Origin: Patellaria atrata CBS 101060
Lineage: Eukaryota
Length of the DNA stretch: 64,000 nt
Direction: 5' to 3'
Assembly (NCBI GenBank): GCA_010093705.1
Contig: MU006118.1
Span: 16,859 to 80,858 of the forward strand
Shown here: in pieces, positions 9,619 through 22,845 of the stretch
Numbering within the stretch: position 1 is the stretch's first letter
Layout of the letters: each line of letters starts with the position of its first letter
Program-made: the position numbers and the translations under genes
The notes under the pieces: model-generated
Databases searched by the model: none
Seen by the model: the letters and a program-made list of their open reading frames with translations, nothing else
Told to the model about the DNA's origin: nothing

Positions 9619-12600
9619 GGGACATTTTTGATTTCTTCTTTGTCTCGGGAAATTTCTGCAGTTATGTTGTCCATTCCTCCGTTATTTCCAGAAATACTAT
9701 TCAATTCTATCTGGCTCGAGGAGCTGCGTGATATGCCATTCTCCAACATATACCCTCGGAACCACAAGCTCAACTCCCTATCTCAGTCTTTGTTCACAAA
9801 TATCATGTCCAGTCTTATAGAGTTAGGTAAAATATGTAAGGGGAAGCACCCCTATATCATACTATTTGGCCAACTTGAAATTATCTATAAGTCTACCGGA
9901 ATCATACCAGCAGTTAGTCTTCGCACGTGCTCTGCTTTGCCTTAGGCTTAGCCTGTTGCATTTCTTGAATAGGGAGGCGGGACTCTTCGACTTCGCCCTC
10001 AACTATCTCTGTCTCTAACTCGAAGCAATGCGCTTCGGTATTCTTCCCGGTAGCATAGTATTCGTACCAGGCGTAGTTGTAGGCTTGGATGGTCGCATCT
10101 CTATCTTAGATAGCACTCTCTCGCTGCAGAATCTTGTGTGCTGTACAGGTTGTGTGAGAGTTTCCAGATGTTATGATTGCTGTGCGCTAAGTCGTGGTGG
10201 GAGAATTTTCGGTAGTTGTACAGTTTTAAACCTGGGGTGTCTACCAGAAAAGAGAATGTCAATATACTGTACTAAATTGGACGGCACATCTATAGCTTCG
10301 CAATACGCACAAAATGGCTATACAAATTCCATACATTCAAGTAAGTGCATCCTTGTTGGTACCAATGGTTTTATATATGATCGGTTCAGTACGTACAGAC
10401 CTTTACAGTTGCATGGTTTGCATCCGGGCTGGAAGTGCCATGTCTCTAAGGTCGGAAAACCCAGATAAAAGTCTAACTGCTTTACGTTCTCTAACCTTGT
10501 TGATAATAGTGGGTATTTTGTGCGTCGGACATTCCTATATGCTTTTTGGAAAGATGTACGAGTTACCCACGAGATGACTGCTGATACTAGAAACGATCGT
10601 GGATTCCTCAGTTCTTGAAAGAGGAGTGCATCGCTTAAAGGTGTTATCGTATGGTTTCAAAACCCCGTCGCATGTATATCGGTGGCTGAATGTATCCGAG
10701 GAGTTTAAAGAGTTCGGGGTGCAAATATCGGAAGGGGAATATCATTGATGAGGATACCCGTCCTGGACTAGAAAAAGGGTTACCTTCAAGGGGATGGATG
10801 GTGGGCGTGAAAACCATCGGGACCAGAATATCTGATGACAATAGGTGGTGGCATTCCCCGATGTGAAACTTAATTGTTCCATGAGCAAGATGGTTGGACG
10901 GAGCAGGTATGAGAGAGGTTGAAGAAAGAAAGAGGAAAAGGTAAGCTGCTGATTCTTATAGGTCAACATTCAATAGGACTCCTGTTTCTCATTATGATCC
11001 GTGACTGTAGACTGATATACATGAGATATATATGGGTGGTTCCAGCTACCGAACAATCGGAAGCGACAAGGAATGGGATGTATTACTGCACAGCGGGGCA
11101 AGTAATGAGAGGGATGGAGTAAGCATGTTAGGTCACTTACTCGTTAAAATGGAGCTATAAGGTAGGCCGGAGACTGAAATACATCAGGACTAAGAAAGTA
11201 GAGGGAACATAAGAGCCAAAACTGGAAGAAAAAGATGATAGTCGTCGATGTAAGATAACTGGTATTTCGGATTGCTAATATCATTCTCCGTAAGGTGGGG
11301 GATTTGTGAGAGAACCCCAGAGCGTAATTAATCTCACTTCTCAATGAATGGGGAGGCGGGACATAATTTCTTTACTGTGCGCACGTCATGATTACGGTGG
11401 CGCGTCATATTTATGAAAATTCTTTGAGATCAAAAGATTTGGAGAATTTCTTTTGACTTTTAGAGAGAGTAGGATGGGAGACGTCATACTCGGTACCACG
11501 GCGCAGTCATGTGCCTGAGCCAGATGCTTTTGTGGATCGAAGGAACTAACCTGAAGGGTCCTAAGTAGTTTTACTAACAAGTTAAAGCAAGCCAAATTGC
11601 CAAAGCGCCCCATACATACATCTAGCGAATATGAGTTGCATGTGGCTCTTGATCGTGTTACCATACCATGTTCCTCTTTCGGATTCGAGAGAGGGGATAC
11701 CTTTTGCAGACGCTGAAGATTATTTATTGAGGTAATAATTTATACCAAGGTGTAAGTTAAATCCAATATGAGCAAATTCAAAAGATAAGCTGATGAAGTT
11801 GGACTCTTCAGGAAGAGTGATAGCCGCCAGATCTTTCCAGGGTTATGGAGCACACAGCTCGTTCTAGAGTTTCGATCTTCAAGCTAATTTCCTAAATGAG
11901 AAAATCGGGGAGCCCGCGACAACATGCAGAACAACAGCTGCACGGAATACTCACTGTACAGTAGAAGTACAGTATCTGCAAAGTGCCTTGAGCGGCAGCA
12001 ATATAATAATGGAAATGCTGTGTTTCTTGTCATGCTGAACTGGCGTTAACACAGTAGAAGCGAAGCGAAGCGCCGATCTTCAACTCTCATATGGAAGGAA
12101 AGCGATAGTGGCATGGCCAAGGTCGACCAAAAGCGGAGTCAGGAACCGTAAGGTACCTTACCGTACCGATAAGTTGGAGATGACTTTTGTGGTAGATAGT
12201 ATTAACTATTAACCGCAGTGAACGGTTTCAGGAGACGGTGCTGATAAAGGGTTATTTTTTGGAGATAGTACTTCTCACTTCTCTTTCATGCTTTTGGCGT
12301 TATTCTGACAAGCACTACTGGAGAAGCCATAAGGTAGATCTCTTTTTTTGCGTGCCAAAATAGAACAGATGATATGCTTGAGCTAACCTGAGCTAAAAGT
12401 CGTAAAAGTGATCCAGCCACCTGCTTAGTTTTATCTTAGCTTGCTTAACTTTGTAGTTCTAGCTGATCACGATTCACGATGCCGCCAAACATGCCTATCC
12501 TTTAGTACCTTACCTTACCTATTCCACCACAATAATAACAGTCAACTAAAACTCTACGACCCTTATTTTCCTCTTCCTTCTATTTTCTCTTCTCATCTTT

Positions 12601-13086
12601 TCAGCTTCCATAAAGCATTATATAGTATCCACGAACTACTGGAATCCTTCACGAGATATTCGGTGGACAAACTGTGCAAGACATCACGCAGCTCTCTACC
12701 GTTCGCGTGATTCGAAGACAGCTTGTCTTCCGAAAGGTGCAAGCGCGGCTTGACCTTCGACTTGCGGGGTTTTTCCAACATATTCCACCTGGCGCATCCT
12801 CCATTATTTTTCCAACCTAACGGTATTATTCTTATTTTCCCTTTCTATGTCGTCCAGTTTTCTTTAAACATTGATCTCCTCATCGCCGAGCTTACGTTGA
12901 CCGTCCTCTTCGCGCCTGTGAATAGCTGCCGAGCGAGCGCATCTTTTCTTAGCCTCTTCCATAAACCTCCGGTTCCTGAGGCTGTGCTACATAACTGCAG
13001 GTTAGAAAGCTCGATCGCTCTCACCAGCTTCAAACGACTTTGCAAATCTCGGATATCAAGCAATTGCAAGTCAGTAATTAAACAAA

Positions 13087-14636
13087 ATGACTGTCATGAA
13101 GGTAAATATACCGTCTCCCAGCATTCGCAATAGTTCGCCGGATGTTCCTGCTGATCATTTGCTCTCAATCAGGAAATGAGTGCCTCTCGGCCTTCGAGCC
13201 AACATAGAATCTCCTCAAGTTCAACCTCGTCAAGCTTACCTAGACAATCTCGTACACACTCGCACTCCCTCTCAGTCGGCTCCATCAATTCTACGCATCG
13301 TGTGACGCGGCGTAAAAGCATGTCATCTACTGCGGCAAATAATGTCGCCGCAATCGCAGCGGCTATGAAGGGTGCTTCTGGTGCCACCCCCGAAGCTGGA
13401 AGTCTACCGAAGACTAGAGCCTCAAAGGCTGCATTTACTCCCCGAGGACCTGCTGCTACAGGATATCCCTCATCGCCTGGTAGCCTACCGAATGCTGGCA
13501 CCGCATTTGTACCATCGAGTTATGGTACTGCGGGAACTAAAATGGGTAGCGCTGTTACCGAAGGTCCTCCTTTAGACTCGATACCGGACCATGAAAAGGG
13601 CAATAGTAAATCAAGGGTTCGACGTGCAAGTGAGGGCTCCCATTTGAGCAAGAATTCGAAAAAAACGAACGGGGGTGACTTACGGTGCGAAACGTGTGGG
13701 AAAGGATACAAGCACAGTAGCTGTCTCACCAAACATCTGTCAGTATCCCCTGAATATCGCTTGACAACGATCCAAACATTCCACGTTAATTTCCACCTAT
13801 CTCGCGTCGAAGACCTCGGGTTACAGTAAAGTAAGGATTGTTGACATTTGAATAGATGGGAGCACACTCCTGAATGGGCCTTCACCTCCAAATTGTTGAT
13901 CTCGAAACATCAGCAAGTACAACTCCTTGAGGCTGCCTCAGTCCTCGTGGCTATGAATCAGGATGGCCCTGATCTCATCAAGGCTGATAGTGATCGCACA
14001 TCGGCATCACCTGCTGCCTCTGGGTCATCTGATCCTCTTGATGAAGAAGATTCGAGTTCTTCGAGAACCACTCCACCACCTCATGCTGAGGACAGCAAGG
14101 GTAACTCTGTACATTCTAAGAGATATAGTAGTAACAGTTCGGCGTATTCTCGATCGTACCAATCAAGCTCCGTATTTTCTGAAAGCGCCCCGAACGGTAA
14201 TGGACACTTTTCACACTACCGCCAATGGAGCAATGACGGACGTCCAACAACTTCTGGGACATCGGTTGCTGGTAGTTATTATGGGGATGAGGATCATGCA
14301 GATCTAGCTGCGGCCGTTGGGCTGTTAAGCTGCAGTTATGGAACTCCCAAGAGTGGTCCTGTAACACTACCTCCGGACATTCCCCCAGTTCCTCCATTAC
14401 CAGCCAGATACCTAGGGCAGGTTACTGATCCTTCTTCGGAAAGCTCTGCGACTCCCAAAGTCACCCATACTAATAATCTGGGACGATCATACTCAGTCCA
14501 AATGCAGGACAGCAAGGACGTGAACATGGACGAAGAAGGGAGTAGTATGGATGAGGATGATTTTGACCCAAACTCCAATAACCATGGTGGAAATGAGGAT
14601 GAAGAAGAAGGCGTTTTCGGTACGATGGAAGAATGA
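13087..14636 (+). CDS. C2H2 zinc-finger protein, Ser-rich
   Basis: Exons 13087-13101, 13173-13738 and 13856-14636 with GT..AG introns. Splicing completes the finger CETCGKGYKHSSCLTKHLWEH. KHQQVQLLEAASVLV and AAAVGLLSCS blocks are present. Confidence 0.88.
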
Positions 14637-15630
14637 AAGCAGTGGATTTGTTCCCAAGAACATGGCCTTGAATAAGATAACTCTTCCATTATTGATCTTC
14701 TTTTTTTTTTGGTGCTCAATGTCCCCTTTTGGTTGTTTCGATCTATACAAGCCAGAGCGAACTCCGCAGGCAGTCTTCAACACCGATGAGGAGGCGAGGA
14801 GTGTAGTCTTCAAAAGCCTTCGAGGTTAAAGTTGGGAACTGGATTCGAGCGTTGAGCAAGCTGTAGCAGTTTTCGTCAAATTTGTCCTGTCACGTAACAT
14901 CAATGTGTTGCTTTACCTAACGGCGTCTTATGTGGTACATTGAACTTATATAGTGGTTTACTTGAGGAAGAAGAAGATGGTAGGCCTCAGTTATACAGTT
15001 GATCCTCCATACCCAAGAAATCAGTCACTTTGATGATTGTCATTCTTGCCATTCAGGGTAGAAAAGAATATTCAAACTGGACCTCGTGTTAACCATGAAT
15101 ATTGCTCACGGCAGTTCAGTGACAGCTATTAAGGTGAATTCTCTTAACCGGCGAGGAGTTACAATTAACTACAAAGTAGCTCGCTAGTTGGTACTCCGTA
15201 GCATGCAAAACATCCCTTAGCACCGCCGATCAACGGTTTACAGATGATCATTAATAAGTTGATCGAGATCTAATCATGTTCTTGGCATATTCTGTGAAGT
15301 TCTCATGGATAGACACAAGGTAGGAGATCGACGCTGCTAACCTTGGTATTCAGGAACGACGGAGGTTAGAAGACACGTTATAAGTATTTATAACGTAGAT
15401 AAAGTCGAAAGTGTAACCTCCATCCTCCAACTACGAATATTGATGTACAGTGTGATCATTCACGTCCAAGTCAAAGTTGGTTCTAGTCGAGTGTATCAAC
15501 TTACGTAAATTTATGGAGTAGTTATTATATGACTAAGCAAGCTTTGGACAGAACGACGACTCACTCGAGCTTCAACCGAAAGTAGTTCCACTAGCTTGAT
15601 GCCTGGGTTTCTCGAAGAAATTGTAAAACA

Positions 15631-16651
15631 ATGTTGTCCTCAAGGACATATGCACCACAACGCTCTGATGCTCTTTCAAGTACTGGTTCTAGAACTACCT
15701 CACATCGTTCCCAAAATATGCAAGAACCACAATCGTCAACAACGACTTTTGCAAACTGGAACTGTGAACACGTTGTCGTGGGTGCTGGTAGGCTGCATTC
15801 CCTTTCAGAACTCACCCTCGATTTGAAGTTCAGTGGCTCAGGTCAGCCTAGGTGTTGCCATCTTTCACTTGAGGACTGAACGAGTTGTACTTTGCTATCA
15901 TACGAGGGAACACTATTGGTTCTTGCCAAAGGGTAGAAAAGATGCGAATGAGAGTATCGAAGTAGCGGCATGTAGAGAAGGATATGAAGAAGTATGCAAG
16001 TACGGAACTAACCCGTATAGCCCTATCCATCTAAATCCCGGATTATTGTCTTAGTCCACGTATACCTACCTGCTCACAGATACTCAGTCAGGCTACCGCA
16101 ATCGTCTTCTTCCACTGCCCATTCCTCATCGCCAGCCTCAAGTTCACGCCGCGAATACGACACAAAATACGCCTTATAGCACTGAGCCGCTATGGACACA
16201 GCTTATGCCAGTTCGACCCACGGTACAGTATATGTTGTTCTGGTTCATAGCGGAGACATTATCACCAGACGATGAAGACAAAGTGACCACGGCTTCTAGC
16301 CATCCCGTAACCTCGCACTCAAATCAAGTTGACTTGTCTATAATGTTGGAATCCAGAGAGGCTACTACAGCACTTTATCCTGCTCCTACATACACCACAC
16401 CTCCTATGTTCCCCGCAAACCTTACTCTCCAGAAGCGGATGGAATTAGAACCAGAAGGCTATGAGCCTACCCGACATGAAAATACCGGGGTGGATGATGA
16501 AGAGGCACAATATACAAGCAAGCTAGTTTCGATAGCGACCGCAAAAGAGCTATTGGGTGGCTCGATCATGGCAGACGTTGTGAAGAGAGGATGGGACTTG
16601 ATTCAGCTAAGGCTGAACATGGAGGGATTGGGGGCGGAGTTTGAAGCTTAG
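15631..16651 (+). CDS. Nudix hydrolase family protein
   Basis: Introns 15788-15851 and 15992-16087. The spliced Nudix box reads LPKGRKDANESIEVAACREGYEESG. Confidence 0.85.
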
Positions 16652-17199
16652 TAGTTAACTATAGAGTTCCACACTTGTCGTGTGCGTAAGTTATAGATCA
16701 TCTAAATATCGGACGAGAATCAAAAATCCCGTGACTCCAGTGATCTATTGCAGTCAGTAACATATAATTCTCTATGGATATTTTACTCATTTCGGAGGCG
16801 GAGAAGTAACTAGTATTTTTTTTTAAAAATTTAATGTACATCTTTGAATGATATATCACGTCATGTTGTTAGCCATTAAGACACAACGTCTTTCACAATA
16901 CATCGCGAAATCTGTTGTCACGAAGTCCATTGTCACGCATACGCAAGCTAAATACTCACTTATTAGGGGCGTGCTCTCACTTCTTTCCTACAATCTTCTA
17001 GAAAATTCTGTCTGCACTCTCTACCACATCCTCTTCGCAAAAGTTTCTCTACAACCCTTTTCAGCTCAACTACAATATTGCCATATTACGGTACAATGAT
17101 ACCTCTCCACATTATCATCAACTATGCGTTCAATACGGTATTGTTATAAGCACCATCGGCGTAGTCGAGTTCACTCGACACAGCCTTTCCCCGATTTTT

Positions 17200-18174
17200 A
17201 TGAACAGGACCCTACCAGGCCCGAAGTTGGCCATCATCCCAAATACTACAACACCCAAATTATATGCGGAGGATTATTACCTACCTCTACAAGCTATCGC
17301 AAATGGCACTAGTCCCTCAGTCGACATCCCTCTCTTTCCCTCCTATATTACACAAATTCTTAAAACTCCAAGCACCAAACCCAATACCAATCCATCCAAC
17401 GAGGACTTGAATATTTGCCCTGTCTCTCTCGATGTTTTCGTACTCGGAGAATGTTCGACCACGCCCGTCAAGCCGATGGAAGCCGGTACGGATCAAATGG
17501 TGGAAAAGTACTTGACTATTGACAAAACCGAGAAAACCACATCGAGATCGACCCAAGACAAAACAGAGTCTAGCTCCATCAACAGAAGCAAAGGACCCGA
17601 GACAGCTCGCGAGAGTTCCAAACTTCCCAGTGACCAAGGCGCAGAAGCCACAGCCGGAAATCAGCCATAAAAACGTCTCAATAACTATGAGCTTGTAGTT
17701 CGGCAGCGCAAAGTCAACGACCGCGAAGGCCACTCCAAACGATTCACTTTTACCCATTTGGTTGATTTAATCCGAAACTTCGTCACTCTGAATGGCACGA
17801 TGATTGGGTCAGTTATCATAACAGCTGCTGTAGTTCTTTTCAAAACGATCTATCTAAATAAGAAGGCGGTCAGCAAGGAGATCAATCAAAGAATCCTCGA
17901 CTTGGAGAATAATGCTGACTGTGGTTTCCAAGGAGAAAGGCGAACTGGAACAAAGGTGCTCAATATCGAGAAATTCCAACTGACGCATCTGAGCGAGGCA
18001 AAAGCACGCGACATTGATGACGCAGAACGAGTCACTATCCAAAAACCTAAAGAATCTCTACATGGTCAACCCCAGGACACATCCAAAGCTCTCGACAGCA
18101 AAAATGGCGTTACCAAGCCCCCAAAAAAAAAATTAAAAAAAAGGCCAGGCTCAATAGGAAGCAAAGAGAGGTAA
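17200..18174 (+). pseudogene. Orphan ORF broken by one in-frame stop (possible pseudogene; one hydrophobic segment)
   Basis: ORFs 17200-17670 and 17758-18174 are in the same frame, separated only by TAA at 17668-17670. Confidence 0.45.
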
Positions 18175-19929
18175 TAAACCGGACAGATCCGGTAAATGAG
18201 AAAACGGACAAAACATCGGTACAATCAGCCGACACAGTATAGACACACTCACGACATGTTTACAAATATTATATCTGTGAGCGTTGGACTTTGGCTGAAG
18301 AGGTGGGTCTGGGAACCTTTTGATTGTTTTATTGAGAACAGGCAGTTGATTCGCACCGCCGGGAAGGTGCCATAAATTATTGTGAGCTCTGGTTGTAGAT
18401 TGCGCTGATTATCAGTTCACTGTTGGATCTTGGTTGGTTGTCGTGTCCTTAAGCAACTCGTTCGCGGTCGTAGGTAGATAAGACTGACGAGTGTTTGGTC
18501 ACGATAGATCAGGAATTAGTGTTAGGAGAAAATTGATCCTTGATAATGAGCAAAAGTAGCGTCTTAGTTGAATGCAGTGACGTAGTCTCAGTCAAATGTT
18601 TTTGATAAGCCCTTGAGATTTTGATATTGATGTGATTCCCTGCCATATTTCGTATTACACGGTCACCATCCTTGGTTTGCAACCCTCTAAGGTCTCTTTT
18701 ACACCCATGTCTTATATATCTGTCCTATAAAACTTGTTACGTCATCTATCAGTAAACATCCCCAGTATGCTCTTGACTCTAATAACAGCACCATTACCGC
18801 CAAAATGATGTGCAAGTTCCGATATTCGAACTCATCGCGCTGGCGCTCCTCATACTATGGATAGTCAAGTGGAGGAAAGAAATATTCACCGAACCCAATA
18901 TCGCCTGGATGAAGATTTAATGCTAACTTGTACTCCGTACAGGATCAGCCGTCCGAAAATAGCATGCATCTGAAGAGGAGCATTGAAGCTCACTGGTGAG
19001 TATATCGAAAATAGGCGAGGTTAGAGAAGTTAGGAAAGGAAAGTGGGAAGTTTGTGTGAGGTTACGCTCATATCCATATACATACGGTGTAAAGGATGTC
19101 TCAAGATCCAGTTTGATGGGAGCAGGCATATGCAGGAGAGCAGGCGGTTTAATGGCAATGAGTACGTACGAACACTGGCCCCTCTCTGCCCATCAGGACT
19201 CGGCTGATCTCTAATAAGCTAATTAGTTTCGAATTGACTAGTCTAAATTTATAGTGTAGATATCCCCCTAAATCAAAGCGACAAATAGTACCTACTTCTC
19301 AATTGCGTCTCGACCTTGCAAGCAAACTTATCGAGGACGACTGAAAAACCAAGGATCAAGTTACTTACGCTTTTTACTATGAGCTATGCAGTCGCCATCA
19401 TCTCGTTACAGTTCTTCTACATATCTACAGGCGATTTCCCACACCCAGTATCAGGCTTTGTTGAGACAGGTTTGAGTTTTGAAATTACGACAATAAACGG
19501 TCTCTGGTGATTATGAGGGTTCAAGTTATATTGGAAATTGAGAGTTAGTGGGCCTACACAATGACACACATAAACATAGTTTTCTTCCCCAGCTTTCTGC
19601 ATTTGCATGATTGAGGTCAAAGGATCCCGTCAAGGGATGTTCGGGCCTGTAAAACTTCGGAAAAGTGGTAGAGTACAGTATGCGGAAATTTACCGCGCTT
19701 GGCGACCTTTGTTTACTTGTTTGGAGGTAGACTGAACATCAACAACAACCAGACAACAGATTAATGATCGATAGAGCAATTACATGGTAATAAATTCCTT
19801 AATCATGTTTTATCTGTATACATGATAATATGTTGCATAACTACGCACTACTTGCGGTAAATCTGTAAGTATCGAAGCTCTTGTGCGCGTGAACAACTAA
19901 TAACTATAGATCTAGGTATAATCGCAAAT

Positions 19930-22845
19930 ATGATAACACCCGAAAAGGACAATTGGCCGGGTAATCATCCCAACACATCTTCGAGCAATAGACATATCCC
20001 TTGGACAACTTCGCGTTGTAACCGTCTTCTCCGACCAATCGCAGCACGGCTCAGGCTCCTACGGAAGAACGTATTAGGACAAGAAAGGCATCATAAAGAC
20101 AAATTTCTTGAAATATTACCCGCTCAAAAGAATAAATTGGGATCGGGGAAATCAAATGTGATTGTGGGAGACAGAGAGGAGCAGGAGAATGAGGGCAGAC
20201 CCAAATTGGATCCAGATTGGATGCCCTCACCCGCGAAAAAAAGAGTAAAGCGGCAATATGGTGTAAGGCCTGCGGAGTTAACAGATATTCTCGGACGACA
20301 GAAGTGTACGAAAGTCCAAGGTGGAAGGAAGATGAGTAAACCGGGAGAAATAAATGTACCCACACCTTTCATTTCACGGATGTTGCAACGGACAGATAGC
20401 CCGCATACTCCAGGTACACCTGCTATAGGGTTACGCAATCGTGGAAGGGGAGTTCATGCAAATGCCCCTCTCCAAGATTTGAAGAAGAACATGACGCCAA
20501 TCGAACGAGAGCAGATCGGTGGTCTTTTTGATTCCTTACTAAACCTTTTGAAAACAACAGCCTCAACATCGAATTCTGCCAGTAGAGGTCCCAAGTCCCT
20601 GTTCTCCACATGTCTACATCAAGTTCCAACATATATTGCACTAGAACGTTATTGGCAAAAGGTGGATGAGGATGATGAGGACGCCGATCTCTCCACGGGC
20701 ATCTATGACTATTTGGAGCAGATGGGACCAATCATTGGTAAAGGATGGAGGCCATTAAGAGTGGTTGTAAGGGCGCATGCTGTCACTCTGATTCAAGAGG
20801 CGATTATCGATGGCTTGTTCAGCAATAAATCCATAGGACATTTGATACGAGTTTGTGTGGAAATCCGCGCCTTCGAGGAAGCTCAAGTGTTCTTAGCCAG
20901 TTTCGTAGCAACGCAGGATACCATCGCTCCTCCGAGAAGCTACAAATCTCGGTTGTTCGATCCCGAGACATCCAGTTGTCTCTCAAACCTGTATATCTTC
21001 GCCCAAAGTACTAATAGATGGGGGTTTCTACTCCGACAGTTAGATGTCATGCTGACTTCCAACATCTTGCCGATTGAATGGATGGCTACGCAAGATATGC
21101 TCCCATTATGGACAAAGGTCATTGGTGCTATTTCTGGAAAACGACAATGGTATGTAGAAGCGATGAACCTTTGGCATACTACGAGTCTTCTTGGATGTGG
21201 ACTTCGAAGCGCTCTGAGGACCGTAAAGACGCTAGAGTCCGCATTTAGTACAGATAATACGTGTGCCCACCTTCGGCAGGATGCCGGGGAAGCTCTGAGT
21301 AATACTATCGCCAGTCTGTGTACCATATTCTCAACGATTGGTTTCGTTTCCGGGATGGGCGAAAAAGATAAGGGAGCTATCACCGATCAGTCTGCTCTGT
21401 GGCCGCTTGAGTTAACATCAATATTAGTTCTTTCACCACCTTCTTCTTATACGCCTACCAAACCACAACTACAACGCGCAACGGCACTCATAGCATCATT
21501 ACTCTTGCTTCGAACCAATTGTAACTTACCTATGCAAACCAGCATCAACACAGAGGATTTGATCCAGTGTATTGAACGTTTTGACAAGCTTGCATCGTCA
21601 AAGACGGATCGCAGCACGGGTACGATAGAAAAGTTGCCAACCCACGTTGTCAGTTTAGCTCGTTGTTGTGGCCGTGCGTTGCGAAATGACGGCTTCCAAC
21701 ATCTACAGCGGATTGTGCAAGCGTTGATAGCGTGTTCCGATTTTAGAAGTTATACTAGCAGCTGTTCAAGCTCTTTCGGGCCAACCTTCCTACTAAAACG
21801 GCTTGGTTTAGAGAGTGCACTCGAATTCGCCGAACAAACGAAAGTAGCTGCGCATTTGGCCTTTGCGTGGGAAGTTGAAGAGATTGTTAAGAAAGGTGGA
21901 ATGGAGATAACGAAGACACCTTTCAAATCCGGTAACAAGGCTCCAGGAGGTGAAACAGGATATAGATGGGAAGAAGGCATCGCCGAATGGGTCATATGTA
22001 CACCCGCGATAAACCTACGGAGGAACCCGGTCGAGAGAGCAACGGTGCCAAACCTTGGACTGATCAAGCAATCCATGCCCCGAGACAAAAGTCCGATTGG
22101 AAACTCTTCTATATCATATGAGGGCGTAGACGTCATGACGGATATGAATATAGTCAGGAATTCTCCACGGCAAATAACCACATTTGGAGGGCAGTCAGTC
22201 TCGCTACTAAGTCTTATGGTGGATTTCAGTCCGACGGGAGAAGCGTCATTTCGTGATCGCCATCCTCCAAGCCCAACAATACCAGCTGAACGTCCTTATC
22301 GACCTCGGAAGAAGAGGAAGCAGGACTCTTCTTCTGGCATGGCAAGAGGAAAGCGGCACCGTTCCACCAGTGAAGAGTCCGCATCATGCTCCGGTTGTTC
22401 TTTCTCTGCTTACGGCCCGAACCCATCTCTATCCGACGATAGTGCGGCTGGTCACTCTCCACCCAAATGGTCTAATGTACCACCACCTTTCCAATTTTTA
22501 TCAAATGCCTCCGTTAGGACCCAATCTTCTTTTGTAACTTCAGGACGTAAGGGCCGGCCACGAAAACAGGTTGAGAGTTCGTGTTCATTAAAGAGTTCAT
22601 CCACCTCCCATTGTCCGAATTTTTTCGCCTCCATTCCCATTACGCAGCTGGATGAGGATGGAGATGAACTCTCTTTCCCGTCTTCAGTGGATGTTCCTGT
22701 GGCCCGTATTACGGCAGCAGAGAAGAGGACAAGGCTCAGAGAACGTAGTAGGAGGTTATTATTTCACCAAACAGAAGGGTCGAGGTCGAAAAGGTGCGCG
22801 GGGAACGGTGCAGATGACACGAGTGAGGATGAATTAGGTGTGTAG
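19930..22845 (+). CDS. Hypothetical protein, 971 aa, single exon, with basic NLS-like stretches
   Basis: Long uninterrupted ORF. The blocks WTTSRCNRLLRPI and YRWEEGIAEWV resemble an uncharacterised Pezizomycotina family; the C-terminus is low complexity. Confidence 0.85.
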   Translation: MITPEKDNWPGNHPNTSSSNRHIPWTTSRCNRLLRPIAARLRLLRKNVLGQERHHKDKFLEILPAQKNKLGSGKSNVIVGDREEQENEGRPKLDPDWMPSPAKKRVKRQYGVRPAELTDILGRQKCTKVQGGRKMSKPGEINVPTPFISRMLQRTDSPHTPGTPAIGLRNRGRGVHANAPLQDLKKNMTPIEREQIGGLFDSLLNLLKTTASTSNSASRGPKSLFSTCLHQVPTYIALERYWQKVDEDDEDADLSTGIYDYLEQMGPIIGKGWRPLRVVVRAHAVTLIQEAIIDGLFSNKSIGHLIRVCVEIRAFEEAQVFLASFVATQDTIAPPRSYKSRLFDPETSSCLSNLYIFAQSTNRWGFLLRQLDVMLTSNILPIEWMATQDMLPLWTKVIGAISGKRQWYVEAMNLWHTTSLLGCGLRSALRTVKTLESAFSTDNTCAHLRQDAGEALSNTIASLCTIFSTIGFVSGMGEKDKGAITDQSALWPLELTSILVLSPPSSYTPTKPQLQRATALIASLLLLRTNCNLPMQTSINTEDLIQCIERFDKLASSKTDRSTGTIEKLPTHVVSLARCCGRALRNDGFQHLQRIVQALIACSDFRSYTSSCSSSFGPTFLLKRLGLESALEFAEQTKVAAHLAFAWEVEEIVKKGGMEITKTPFKSGNKAPGGETGYRWEEGIAEWVICTPAINLRRNPVERATVPNLGLIKQSMPRDKSPIGNSSISYEGVDVMTDMNIVRNSPRQITTFGGQSVSLLSLMVDFSPTGEASFRDRHPPSPTIPAERPYRPRKKRKQDSSSGMARGKRHRSTSEESASCSGCSFSAYGPNPSLSDDSAAGHSPPKWSNVPPPFQFLSNASVRTQSSFVTSGRKGRPRKQVESSCSLKSSSTSHCPNFFASIPITQLDEDGDELSFPSSVDVPVARITAAEKRTRLRERSRRLLFHQTEGSRSKRCAGNGADDTSEDELGV

